Shown here piece after piece: positions 50,389 through 59,341 of a DNA stretch of 64,000 nt. Position 1 is the first letter of the stretch. Each line of letters starts with the position of its first letter. The notes under the pieces are model-generated. The model was not told the DNA's origin. It ran no database searches and was given only the letters and a program-made list of their open reading frames with translations. A program made the position numbers and the translations under genes. This DNA comes from Candidatus Multivorans sp. (GTDB lineage Bacteria; Acidobacteriota; Thermoanaerobaculia; Multivoradales; Multivoraceae). The stretch lies in NCBI GenBank assembly GCA_965247095.1, contig OZ251997.1:4384001-4448000 (forward strand). Reading direction: 5' to 3'.

Positions 50389-53028
50389 TTAGGTCGTCCG
50401 ATGGCGGGCCCTTCGCGGGCTTCGCAGCGCGCGGACGAACTCGCGCACGGTCGCCGGTCGGGCGCCGGCCCGAATCCGTTCCTCCGCCAGGTCGAACGCC
50501 ATCTTCCACTGCCGGCGCAGAATGCCGTGGGCGGCGAAGAATCCATAGCGGCGGTCGTACATGTGGGTGGCCTCCGAAGTGACGCCGTTCACTTCGAGTA
50601 CGCGGATGCCCTCGCCGCGCTGGAGCGCTTCGCCGCTCGGGACCCGTACGTCGAAGCGGCCGAAGTCGAAGCCGTCGTAGGCGGTGCTGATCGCGTTCAT
50701 CGCCTGTTCGAGTTCCTGAGTGTGGAGGTGGTTCGCGTCGAGGAAGATCGTGCCGCGGGAGTGCGCGCCGACCTCGGTCAGTTCGACGATTTCGCCGGCT
50801 GCCGGCGTTCGCGTCGCGGCATCGGGATGCTCCTTCGCGTAGATGGGTGCGATCGCAACGGCGCGGCGGTCCAGGAGGATCAGCCGCTCCAGGGTGCTCC
50901 GGCCGTCGCCGGTCACGGTCGGCCGCAACTTGTGGGTGATCGAGAAAACGTGCCCGTCCGACCGGCCGGGATGCCGGGCCCAGAAGACGCCGTACTCCTC
51001 GCCCGCGACGTACTCCTGTACGAGTGCCGGTCCGGGCGTCGCCTCGAAGAACCCGGCCGCGTCGGCTTCTGAGTGCGCTACGGCGATGCCGCGTCCCCGC
51101 TCGCCGGTGTCGGGCTTGAGGACGGCGGGGTAGTCCAGGTCTTGGTCCGCCAGGAACCGCCGGAGCGCGTGGAATCGCTCCTCGCTGTCTCCCGGCGCTA
51201 GCCGCCGCCAGACCGGCAGGGCGTCGCCAATGCCGGCCAGGCCGTCCAGGATGTCGCTCTTCGACTCCCCGAGCAGGCCGCCCAGGGGCATGGCCGGGTT
51301 GATCGCGGTGAAGAAGGCAGGTCGGCCGCGGCGCAGGCCCTGCCACAGGATGAAGAGAGCCAGGGGCGGGTAGAAGGCCCACATGGGCCAGAACTCCCAG
51401 TGCCGGATTCGCAGCAACCGGCCGCGCCAGAGCCGGCGGCCGCGCCAGGTGAGGAGCGGCAGGACGAACGTGCGCACGCCGAAGATCAGGAGCGCCAGCG
51501 CCAGCGCCGCCGCGAGCAGGCCGCCGGGCAGGCGGCCGCCGAACCGCTCGACGGCCTCGCGGCCCAGCAGCGCGTTCATGCCCACGAACGCGGGCGTCCA
51601 GATCGCCACGGCCAGGGCGAAGTACATGCAGAAGCGGAGCAGGCTGGTGCGCAGGATGCCGGCGGCGAGGCAGGTCGGCAGCCGCGAACCGGGCAGGAAG
51701 CGGCTGATCAGGACGACCACCAGGGCACGTCGCCGCAGCCATGCGGAGGCCTCCTCGATCGCGGCCTCGCTGACCCACCACTTGAACGGCGGCAGCTTGA
51801 GCGCGGGCCGCCCGAGGATCCGGGCCAGCCAGGCGAGTCCCAGGTCGCTGCTCAGGATGCCGATGTAGCAGGCGGCTACGGCGACGGGGAAGTCGAGCCG
51901 TCCCTGGGCGATGAGCAGACCGGCCGTGATGCAGGTCAGATCCTCACTCAGATAGGCGGCGAACACGAGGAGCAGGAAGACGATGAGCAGGGCCGGGCCG
52001 GTGAACGGCGGCAGGTCCGTGTCGTCGAACGGCATCGCTGCCCGCCGCAGTCGCTCCGGTTCGGCGTCGGCGCGTGTCGGCGCCTCGCCGGCTTCGACGC
52101 GGCCGAGGAACTCCTCGATTCGTTCCGCCAAGTCGTCGCCGCCCCGGAACAGGAAGAAGTGACTGTCGGGGCGCATCCACAGCTCGCTGTGGGGCACGAT
52201 GCGGTGGTGTTCCAGGGCCGCCGCGGCCGGCACCAGCGGATCCTGTTCGCCGTGGACGATGAACACCGGCGCTTCGAGCGCCTCGAGGATCCCGCGCATC
52301 GGGCGCTGGTCCGTGTCGTAGAAGTTGCGGGCGTAGGAGCGGGCGACCGGACTGTCGAAGGCGCCGAAGTGCGGGACCAGATTGCGCAGTCCCCAGAACA
52401 GGCCGAGCTGGAGACCGTGCAGGCCGTGGTTCACGGTGTAGTCGCCGAGCAGTTCGAGTTCCTGGACGCCGATCGAGGCGACGAGAACGAGCGACGCCAC
52501 CCGATCGGGGGAGTCGTCCGCCATGTGCAGTGCCGGGCCGCCGCCCATGCTGAAGCCGAGGGCATGGAAACGTTCGACTCCCAACTCGTCGAGCAGGACG
52601 ACAGCCGCTTCGGCGTGGGCGCGGATCGAGTAGTCGTTCACCCTGCGCTCGGAGGCGCCGAAGCCGGGAAGGTCGGGGGCGAGGACGCGGCGCCGTTCCG
52701 CGAGCCGGGGCGCCAGACGCCGGAAATCGTCCGCGCTGCCAGGTGAACCGTGGAGAAGTACGAGGGGCAGGGGCTCGTTCTCCGATTCGGCGCCGGCCGG
52801 CGCCGGCCACTCGCGCCACGCCAACCGGACCGGCCGGGAATCGCTCCCGGGAAGCGGCGCCTCGACGGTTTCTCGGCCCGGCGGCAGCGGCGCCGGGTCG
52901 GCCGTGACGCGCGCCAGAGTCGAGGCCAGCAGCAGCGCGGCGTAGACCCCGAGCAGGACCTTCAGCCAGATCCGGCGTCGTCGCGGGCGCCGATCGTCAG
53001 TCCGCTTCGGGAATGCCGATGGGACCAT
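50389..53028 (-). CDS. Fusion protein: alpha/beta hydrolase + DedA/VTT membrane domain + ATP-grasp-like ligase
   Basis: Hydrolase: HGSPG, DLPGFG, GFSMGG. DedA: SEDLTCITAGLL, SRFLPGSR. ATP-grasp: WEFWP, KPDTGERGRG, QEY, GRFDVR, LEVNG. Confidence 0.82.
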   Translation of the reverse strand: MVPSAFPKRTDDRRPRRRRIWLKVLLGVYAALLLASTLARVTADPAPLPPGRETVEAPLPGSDSRPVRLAWREWPAPAGAESENEPLPLVLLHGSPGSADDFRRLAPRLAERRRVLAPDLPGFGASERRVNDYSIRAHAEAAVVLLDELGVERFHALGFSMGGGPALHMADDSPDRVASLVLVASIGVQELELLGDYTVNHGLHGLQLGLFWGLRNLVPHFGAFDSPVARSYARNFYDTDQRPMRGILEALEAPVFIVHGEQDPLVPAAAALEHHRIVPHSELWMRPDSHFFLFRGGDDLAERIEEFLGRVEAGEAPTRADAEPERLRRAAMPFDDTDLPPFTGPALLIVFLLLVFAAYLSEDLTCITAGLLIAQGRLDFPVAVAACYIGILSSDLGLAWLARILGRPALKLPPFKWWVSEAAIEEASAWLRRRALVVVLISRFLPGSRLPTCLAAGILRTSLLRFCMYFALAVAIWTPAFVGMNALLGREAVERFGGRLPGGLLAAALALALLIFGVRTFVLPLLTWRGRRLWRGRLLRIRHWEFWPMWAFYPPLALFILWQGLRRGRPAFFTAINPAMPLGGLLGESKSDILDGLAGIGDALPVWRRLAPGDSEERFHALRRFLADQDLDYPAVLKPDTGERGRGIAVAHSEADAAGFFEATPGPALVQEYVAGEEYGVFWARHPGRSDGHVFSITHKLRPTVTGDGRSTLERLILLDRRAVAIAPIYAKEHPDAATRTPAAGEIVELTEVGAHSRGTIFLDANHLHTQELEQAMNAISTAYDGFDFGRFDVRVPSGEALQRGEGIRVLEVNGVTSEATHMYDRRYGFFAAHGILRRQWKMAFDLAEERIRAGARPATVREFVRALRSPRRARHRTT

Positions 53029-53845
53029 GAACGTCGCCGAGTGCCGCCAGTTCTTCGTTCGAGACCATCGGCCGGAAGCTACCTTCCATCGTCTCCCGCA
53101 GTTGGCGGGCCAGCACCTTCCGATCCGCGCTCTGGAGCGGCTCGTTGCCGAAGGCCACTTCCGCTTCGATGCGGCGAAGCTGCAGGAGCTCAGGAGCGTG
53201 GGGGGTCATCGCCATGTAGCCCCACCAGGCGACGCTCAGGAACGCCGGCGTCTCGTCGGGCGGCGTCTCGTAGCGGACGACGGCCCAGTGGACCGGCAGT
53301 TCCTGCCCGGCCGCGGGCGCGAGCAGGGAGGGCTTCAGCGGGGCGATTTCGTTGCCGGGTGTCGACGTGCCTTCCGGGAACAGGATCACCGGGTCGCCCG
53401 CCGCGAGCGCTTCGGCAATCTGTTCGCCAACCTTCGTGACGTCGCGCCGCCGGCCGCGGTCGACGAAGATGGTGTCGGCGGTGCGGCACATGGCGCCGAC
53501 GACCGGCCAGTCCCGGATCTCCGCCTTGGAGACGAAGCGCCCCGGGGCCAGCGCGGAGAGCAGGAAGACGTCGATATAGGAGAGGTGGTTCGAGATCAGC
53601 AGGAAGGGCTCCTTCGGCGGTTCGCCGCGCACCGTGACCCGGCAGCCGAGGATGGCCAGACTGGCGCGTCCCCACCGGCGCAGCACCGAGCGCCGGACGG
53701 CTCGCCAGGCCAGGGGAGCGCGCCGGGCCAGGAAGGGCCGCAGGATGAGTAGCGGGAACCAGGCGGCCAGTGCCGCCAGGAGGACAGCCGGCCCCCGCCA
53801 GATCATCCGCCAGATCCGGAGAGGACTTCTGCTCTTGGGCCGCAT
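52997..53845 (-). CDS. Lyso-lipid O-acyltransferase (PlsC/OlsA-like)
   Basis: SNHLSYID (HX4D), FVSKAE and FPEGT motifs. Confidence 0.9.
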   Translation of the reverse strand: MRPKSRSPLRIWRMIWRGPAVLLAALAAWFPLLILRPFLARRAPLAWRAVRRSVLRRWGRASLAILGCRVTVRGEPPKEPFLLISNHLSYIDVFLLSALAPGRFVSKAEIRDWPVVGAMCRTADTIFVDRGRRRDVTKVGEQIAEALAAGDPVILFPEGTSTPGNEIAPLKPSLLAPAAGQELPVHWAVVRYETPPDETPAFLSVAWWGYMAMTPHAPELLQLRRIEAEVAFGNEPLQSADRKVLARQLRETMEGSFRPMVSNEELAALGDVHGPIGIPEAD

Positions 53846-53847
53846 CC

Positions 53848-54705
53848 TCAGCGCGGCGCTGGCGGCACTTCGGGTGCCGGTGGCGCCTCGTCCAGCCCGA
53901 AGATCAGCCGGGTCCTGCGGCTGAGAGCGGTCGTGTCCATCAGGACCAGGTAGTCGATCGTTTTGAACTCGCGGTCGATCGCGGGGCGGCTGCAGACCAG
54001 GGCGCCGTAGCGCAGGTAGGTGGCGAAGAGGGGCGGGATCTTGATGTCAGGCAGTGCGGCCACGCGATCGTCGGGCGCCTCGCAGAGGGTGTGGGGGAGG
54101 GGAGGTACGTCGAACTCGGGGTGGACCTTGCCCGCCGCCTGCAGTTGCCGGTAGAGCCGGATGCCGGCCGCCTGATCCTGACTGGTCAATGAACAGCAGC
54201 CGAACAGGTAGCGGCACTGGCTGTGGACCAGGTACCGGGCCAGACCCTTCCAGAGCAGGAACAGTACGGTCCGCTTGCGGTGGTTGCGTTGAATGCAGGC
54301 GCGGCCGATCTCGACCGACTGATCGAGAACGCTTCCGGGCAGGACGTCCAGCTCGTACTCACCGGCCGAGTAGAAGCCGCAGCCGCGGGCGGCCATCGCC
54401 GCCGTCTGCATGCGGTAGGTCCCAATGAGGTGGCCGCCCACGTCGTCGACCAGCATGTGGTGGCAACTCGCGTCGAAACGGTCGGTGTCGCGGCCGGTGG
54501 CGAAGGACTCCTCGAGGCCCTCGCCCAGTTCCAGGTTGAAGACCTCGAAGCGCAGCGCAAGGAGCCGGTCGAGGTCCTGGGCGGTGCGCGCGAAACGGAG
54601 CCGGTAGCTGCCGACTTCGATCTCGCCGTCGGGGAGAAGCTCCGGGTTGGGAAGAGTGCCCGGCGGCTCGACAGGTCGGGACGGGAGACTCGCCGACTCG
54701 GTCAT
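53848..54705 (-). CDS. OlsB-like GNAT N-acyl amino-acid synthase
   Basis: LRFEVFNLELG, D.DRFD..C.H, GTYR, EIGRACI, YLFGC.S, P.L...YLR.GA and D.EF.T.D motifs. Confidence 0.88.
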   Translation of the reverse strand: MTESASLPSRPVEPPGTLPNPELLPDGEIEVGSYRLRFARTAQDLDRLLALRFEVFNLELGEGLEESFATGRDTDRFDASCHHMLVDDVGGHLIGTYRMQTAAMAARGCGFYSAGEYELDVLPGSVLDQSVEIGRACIQRNHRKRTVLFLLWKGLARYLVHSQCRYLFGCCSLTSQDQAAGIRLYRQLQAAGKVHPEFDVPPLPHTLCEAPDDRVAALPDIKIPPLFATYLRYGALVCSRPAIDREFKTIDYLVLMDTTALSRRTRLIFGLDEAPPAPEVPPAPR

Positions 54706-55652
54706 GAGCCCGCCCCGGTCGCGGCGCGTATCCACTCGGTAGTGGGCACCGTCAGGAAGAGGCGGTCGTCCTTGCGCCTCAGGATGCCGGAAACCGCGAC
54801 CGGCTGGCCCACCCAGTCGAGCACCTCGGTCCCCATCGGCTGGCCGCGTTCGTCCAACAGATGGACCAGACGGCGTTCGTCGTTCTCCGTTCGGACCAGC
54901 AGTGCCGCCGGGATGCCGCCGCGGATGCAGAGGGAGGCGCAGTCCCGGTGGGGCTTGCCGCGGCCCGGCTTCATGGCGCCGAGGTAGCACTTCGTGTCGA
55001 CGATTTCGCCGACGAGGGTATGGGCGCGCAGGTAGAGGCGGTCGACCTCTGCGCCCGGTGGCGGAACCACTCCAGCCGCCGCGTCTTCGCTCTCACGAGC
55101 GGGGGGCAAGCCACCGGTTCCGAGGCCGCTTGGAGAGTCCGGTTCCGCCGGAGATCCTCCGTCGACGCCTCCTTCGGTGAGTTCCAGGGAATGCACTTCG
55201 AGCATCGCCGCTTCCGGGTTCCGGATCAGCGTGCCGGAGAGCTGGATTTCTCTGGATGGTGCGGCCGACCAAGGCGCGTTGGGAGGCTCATTCGCGTCGA
55301 GCCCGTGCTTTCCTTCCGCGACCAGAAGGTAACCCGCGGCAGGTCCGTCCGCCGTGAGCAGGCGGGGATGGGGATCGATGAGCAGTTCGCCGCTGTAGTC
55401 CCGCAGCGTGCCGTACTCGAACACTCCTTCGTCGAAGCGTTCCAGCAGCAGGGCCAGGCCGGCGCCGAGCGCCGCGGCCAGCAGCAGGAGCCCGATCACG
55501 GCGCGGCGGGCGAACCGGGAGATCCCGGGCGGCGTCTCATCGAGGTAGCCGACGTAGAACTCGGGTGGCGCGACCCGCGCCACCCGTGAACCAGTCCGTG
55601 CGCCCGTCAATCGGGCGCACGGATGGCACTCGTCGCGGCGTTCGCCGGTCAC
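54702..55652 (-). CDS. Conserved hypothetical membrane-anchored protein with a Cys/His motif
   Basis: GTGA overlap with the upstream stop. EFYVGYL, one TM helix, and DTKCYLGAMKPG.GK.HRDCASLCIRGGIP. Carries a 69-nt in-frame repeat insert. Confidence 0.75.
   Translation of the reverse strand: MTGERRDECHPCARLTGARTGSRVARVAPPEFYVGYLDETPPGISRFARRAVIGLLLLAAALGAGLALLLERFDEGVFEYGTLRDYSGELLIDPHPRLLTADGPAAGYLLVAEGKHGLDANEPPNAPWSAAPSREIQLSGTLIRNPEAAMLEVHSLELTEGGVDGGSPAEPDSPSGLGTGGLPPARESEDAAAGVVPPPGAEVDRLYLRAHTLVGEIVDTKCYLGAMKPGRGKPHRDCASLCIRGGIPAALLVRTENDERRLVHLLDERGQPMGTEVLDWVGQPVAVSGILRRKDDRLFLTVPTTEWIRAATGAGS
55562..55629 (+). repeat. REP-like family B double hairpin, inside a CDS
   Basis: CGGGTGGCGCG ACC CGCGCCACCCG TGAACCAG TCCGTGCGCCCG TCAAT CGGGCGCACGGA TGGCAC. 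Confidence 0.88.
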
Positions 55653-56767
55653 GAGGGCTCCTCGGGCGTGTCGGGGGGCGCTGTGCAGTCGTCGTTCCCG
55701 GGCCCCGGATGCGGGCGAGACGCCCGCGGTCCCAGGGCCGGCTCGGCGTGCGTACCCGGCGGGTTCGGCCTCGGGTCGACGAGTACCCGGCCACCCTCGA
55801 CGCGGACGTTGAAGGTCGGGATCGTCTCGGTGAAGGGCGGCGGCGAGCATCCGTCCTCAGGGCGGTACTGGTAGCCGTGCCAGGGGCAGGTGATGCAGCC
55901 GTCGATCACGCGGCCCTCGCCGAGCGGCCCGTTCTGGTGCTGGCAGACGTTCGATACGGCAGCGATCTTCTCGCCGCCATCCGTCCGGTAGCGGAAGACG
56001 GCTACCCGCTCGCCGCTGAGCACGAAGATGCGGGCGCGGTCGAGGGGGATGTCCGAGACCGCGCAGACATCGACCGCGGCGTCATCGGTGGTCGCCGCCG
56101 GGGACGACGCGCGCCCCCGCCAGCCCGCAACCAGGTGCAGCGAGGCGATGCCGACGAACCCCACGCCGAGCAGCCCCGCGAGCTGGGCAGGCCGTTCGGC
56201 CGCCTGCAAACTGCCCAGCGCCACGTGGACGAGGATCAGCCCGTAGGCGACGTAGACCAGCATGTGCAGCGACTTCCACACCGGCGCCGTCAGGTTCGCG
56301 AGCCAGAAGTCGTGCGAGGTCGCCGCCATCAGGAACAGGATGACGAGCGCCGTGAGGCCGAGCGCCTGGAAGGGGAACTGGGTCAGGCTGTCGTAGTTGC
56401 CGTTGCTCGCCAGCACGCTGACCAGGGGATTCAGGACCCCGAGACCGTGGAACTGGACGACAGCGAACCCGCCGTGGGCGGCCGCGAGCAGGAACATGCA
56501 GACGCCGAGGTGGCGGCGGTTGTAGAGCAGGGGCAGGAAGCGCCGGTCGAGCCGGCACAGCGGACCGATGGCGAGCACCACGTGAAGCAGCAGCAGGGCG
56601 CCCGCGCCCAACGCCCGGATGAGCAGGGTCTCGATCGTTGCCTGGGGCCGCGTCGAGATGCCGATGCCGACGAACAGGCCCAGGAAGACCACCACGCCTA
56701 CGGCGACGCCCAAGTCGTAGAGCCTCTTGTTGCGGTTCCAGAGAACCGCCTGGTACCCGGCGCTCAT
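55649..56767 (-). CDS. Ferric-reductase/MsrQ-like heme-b membrane domain fused to a Rieske [2Fe-2S] domain
   Basis: TM helices with NRRHLG..AAHG and WKSLH..HV His pairs; Rieske motif CQHQNGPL...CPWHG. Confidence 0.85.
   Translation of the reverse strand: MSAGYQAVLWNRNKRLYDLGVAVGVVVFLGLFVGIGISTRPQATIETLLIRALGAGALLLLHVVLAIGPLCRLDRRFLPLLYNRRHLGVCMFLLAAAHGGFAVVQFHGLGVLNPLVSVLASNGNYDSLTQFPFQALGLTALVILFLMAATSHDFWLANLTAPVWKSLHMLVYVAYGLILVHVALGSLQAAERPAQLAGLLGVGFVGIASLHLVAGWRGRASSPAATTDDAAVDVCAVSDIPLDRARIFVLSGERVAVFRYRTDGGEKIAAVSNVCQHQNGPLGEGRVIDGCITCPWHGYQYRPEDGCSPPPFTETIPTFNVRVEGGRVLVDPRPNPPGTHAEPALGPRASRPHPGPGNDDCTAPPDTPEEPS
55705..55736 (-). repeat. REP-like family A hairpin in the 3' tail of the Rieske gene
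   Basis: CCTGGGACCGCGGGCGTCTCGCCCGCATCCGG on the minus strand. Confidence 0.8.
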
Positions 56768-56970
56768 GGTTGCGCTTCCGCGTCCGGATCGTCTTCGCTC
56801 GGTTCGGGCGCGTCTGGGGGTTCTACCCAGGGCGCGTCGATGGCGGTGGGCAACTTGTCCACGAGCGGCGGTTCGGGGCGCAAGAGGAGCGCGGCGGTTA
56901 GCAGCCCCGCCACGATCGGGGCCAGCACCGCCCAGACCAGACGGTGACGCCGTCGCAAACCGCGGATCAC
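56764..56970 (-). CDS. Small membrane protein
   Basis: LRRRHRLVWAVLA TM helix; 4-nt overlaps at both ends. Confidence 0.7.
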   Translation of the reverse strand: MIRGLRRRHRLVWAVLAPIVAGLLTAALLLRPEPPLVDKLPTAIDAPWVEPPDAPEPSEDDPDAEAQP

Positions 56971-57245
56971 GGGGAAACCCGCCTCTGCCGACCGGCGGCC
57001 GCGTCACGGTGAGCGTTGCGCTCCGTCGGAGGCTGCCGGCCGGTGAGCCACCTCAGTAGGACCACCGGCCACAACGCGGCAACGCCGGGCAGGATGATGA
57101 GCCGAAAGCCAAGGCCGGTTGCCTTGGCGGCAGGATCGACGCGGCCCACGCCGCGCCAGACGAAGAACGGGGCGAAGGCCAGTCCACAGGCGATGTACAC
57201 GGCGCAGAGCAGCACCACGACCTCGGCGGCGCGCTCGATGGACAT
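56967..57245 (-). CDS. Small two-TM membrane protein
   Basis: Y...G..FA..F...G..RVDPAA...GFRLIILPG..ALWP; first gene of the coupled run. Confidence 0.75.
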   Translation of the reverse strand: MSIERAAEVVVLLCAVYIACGLAFAPFFVWRGVGRVDPAAKATGLGFRLIILPGVAALWPVVLLRWLTGRQPPTERNAHRDAAAGRQRRVSP

Positions 57246-57340
57246 CGCGGGGAGTATACGCGCGCAGCGTGGCGAACCTGCCGTAGACTCCGCACCGGTC
57301 TTGCCTTGGACAAGTCAACCTGGACGTAGAGGAAGAGAAC

Positions 57341-58483
57341 ATGCGGGTACCGTTTCGCTGCACGGCGACGATCCACGGAGGAGGCCTGAGATCGCTGCTG
57401 CTTGCGAGCCTGATGGCGGCACTGGCGTTCCCGGTCCTTGGCCAGGGAGGCACGCAGGACGTGACCGTCGAGGCCTACGAGCCGCGCTCGACGCTGAAGG
57501 TCGCGGGTGGCTCGGTCACGCGGGCGAAGTTCCCCTTCGTCGACGCCCACGCGCACTTGCGCGGCAGCGACCCGGCGCGGATCGACCAGATGGTCCGCGA
57601 GATGGACGAGATGAACATGGCCGTGTTCGTGAACCTGAGCGGCGGCAGCGGAGAGGGACTGAAGGCGAACATCGCCGCCACCAAGGGCCGCTACCCGGGA
57701 CGGTTCGTCGTCTTCGCAAACGTCAACCTCTCGGGATTGGACCAGCCCGGTTGGGGGGAAGAGGCCGCCGCGCAGCTTGAGGCGGATGTTGCGGCCGGCG
57801 CCCAGGGCCTCAAGATCTACAAGAACCTCGGCATGTTCCTGACCGACAGCACCGGCGAGCGGGTGCCGGCCGACGATCCGCGCATCGATCCGGTGTGGGC
57901 CAAGGCGGGCGAGTTGGGCATCCCGGTCCTGATTCACGTCGGTGAACCGTCGCCGTTCTGGGCGCCCTGGGACGAGCACAACGAGCGCTGGCTGGAGCTG
58001 AAGCAGTTTCCGAACCGCCGCCGCGATGACCCCTTGCGCTTCGCCTCGTTCGAGCAGACGATGACCGAACAGCACAACCTGTTCCGCCGTCATCCGGACA
58101 CGATCTTCATCAACGCCCATCTTGGCTGGCTGGGCAACGACCTGGGGCGGCTCGGGGACCTGCTCGACGAACTGCCGAACATGTACACCGAGATCGGCGC
58201 CGTGGTAGCGGAACTCGGCCGCCAGCCGCATACGGCGGCGGCGTTTCTCACCAAGTACCAGGACCGCGTCCTGATGGGCAAGGACGCCTACGCGCCGAGC
58301 GAGTACCACGTCTACTTCCGCGTGCTCGAGACCGCCGACGAGTACTTCGACTACTACCGCAAGCGCCACGCGCACTGGAAGATGTACGGGCTCGACCTGT
58401 CGGACGAGGTGCTCGAGAAGATCTACTTCCGCAACGCGCTGAAGATCATCCCCGGCCTCGACCGGCGCCTGTTCCCGGAGTGA
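57341..58483 (+). CDS. Secreted amidohydrolase (Amidohydro_2 family)
   Basis: DAHAH, GLKIYK, LIHV, NAHLG and DRVLMGKD motifs. Confidence 0.88.
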   Translation: MRVPFRCTATIHGGGLRSLLLASLMAALAFPVLGQGGTQDVTVEAYEPRSTLKVAGGSVTRAKFPFVDAHAHLRGSDPARIDQMVREMDEMNMAVFVNLSGGSGEGLKANIAATKGRYPGRFVVFANVNLSGLDQPGWGEEAAAQLEADVAAGAQGLKIYKNLGMFLTDSTGERVPADDPRIDPVWAKAGELGIPVLIHVGEPSPFWAPWDEHNERWLELKQFPNRRRDDPLRFASFEQTMTEQHNLFRRHPDTIFINAHLGWLGNDLGRLGDLLDELPNMYTEIGAVVAELGRQPHTAAAFLTKYQDRVLMGKDAYAPSEYHVYFRVLETADEYFDYYRKRHAHWKMYGLDLSDEVLEKIYFRNALKIIPGLDRRLFPE

Positions 58484-58944
58484 GTTCCCGGCTGGCCCGG
58501 GGAGAGGCGACCCGGCGCGAGGAGGGCCAGGAGACCCTGCCCGCCCAGGGCCTCTTCCGCGGCCGGACGGTGGCGCGGCGGTTCGAGTCGCCGGACGGCT
58601 TCATCGTCCTGGTGGGGAAGACCGCCGCCGACAACGACGATCTGAGCCTGCGGCTTGCCCGTCCCGCCGACTTCTGGCTGCACGCGCCGTCCGGCGCCGG
58701 GTCGCATGTGCTGGTGCTCAACGACTCTGGCGTCGACCGGCTGCCACGGGCCACGCGGGACTTCGCTGCGGCGCTGGCCGCGCGCTACTCCAAGTCCCGC
58801 GCCGGCGGCAGGGTGGCCGTGCATCTCGCCCGCGGCCGGGACCTGAGCAAGCCGCGCGGGGCGCCGCCCGGACGGGTCGCGCTACGACGGTACGAGAGCG
58901 TCTTCGCCCGCCCGGCGGCCTTCGGCCGGGTCGACGACGCTTGA
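58480..58944 (+). CDS. Stand-alone NFACT RNA-binding (DUF814) protein
   Basis: VGKTAADNDDLS, DFWLHA..GAGSHV, AALAARYS and KPRGAPPG.V motifs. Confidence 0.85.
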   Translation: MSSRLARGEATRREEGQETLPAQGLFRGRTVARRFESPDGFIVLVGKTAADNDDLSLRLARPADFWLHAPSGAGSHVLVLNDSGVDRLPRATRDFAAALAARYSKSRAGGRVAVHLARGRDLSKPRGAPPGRVALRRYESVFARPAAFGRVDDA

Positions 58945-58946
58945 CG

Positions 58947-58982
58947 AACCGCTGCCTTTCGCGAGAGCCTATGGACGCCCAT
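58947..58982 (-). pseudogene. Remnant of a ParE-type toxin N-terminus
   Basis: ATG58982 overlaps the ParD 3' end and reads MGVHRLSRKAA (ParE-like xRLSxxA). It then runs into the convergent NFACT gene with no further ParE-like sequence. Confidence 0.5.
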
Positions 58983-59226
58983 CGCTTCGGAGCCGCGCTT
59001 CGACTTCTTCCATGATGGAAGGTACCGTCCTCTCACTCGGGCCGCTGTCCAGGCCTTCCTGTACGGCAGCCTGAAGGATCTCGAAATCGACCCGCCGCTC
59101 CCGATCGCGCCGAATCAGATCCCGGATGTACTCGCTGTCATTGGTGAAGTGGCCCGCGGCGATCCGCGCCTTGACCCACTGATCCTGCAGGTCCGTCAGG
59201 GTGATCGTCTTTCGAATAGTCCTCAT
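58969..59226 (-). CDS. ParD-family (RHH) antitoxin
   Basis: KTITLT...WVKARIAAGHFTNDSEYIRDLIR...QEGLDSG. Confidence 0.88.
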   Translation of the reverse strand: MRTIRKTITLTDLQDQWVKARIAAGHFTNDSEYIRDLIRRDRERRVDFEILQAAVQEGLDSGPSERTVPSIMEEVEARLRSDGRP

Positions 59227-59341
59227 CTTGTCTCCAAGAGAATGCTCTCAGTCATACTATTGGTGCAGAGTAGCATGGTACAGCCATGCGGGAACGCCGC
59301 CGTCTTCCTGAGCACGACGTCAGGCGGACCTGTCTGGGAAC

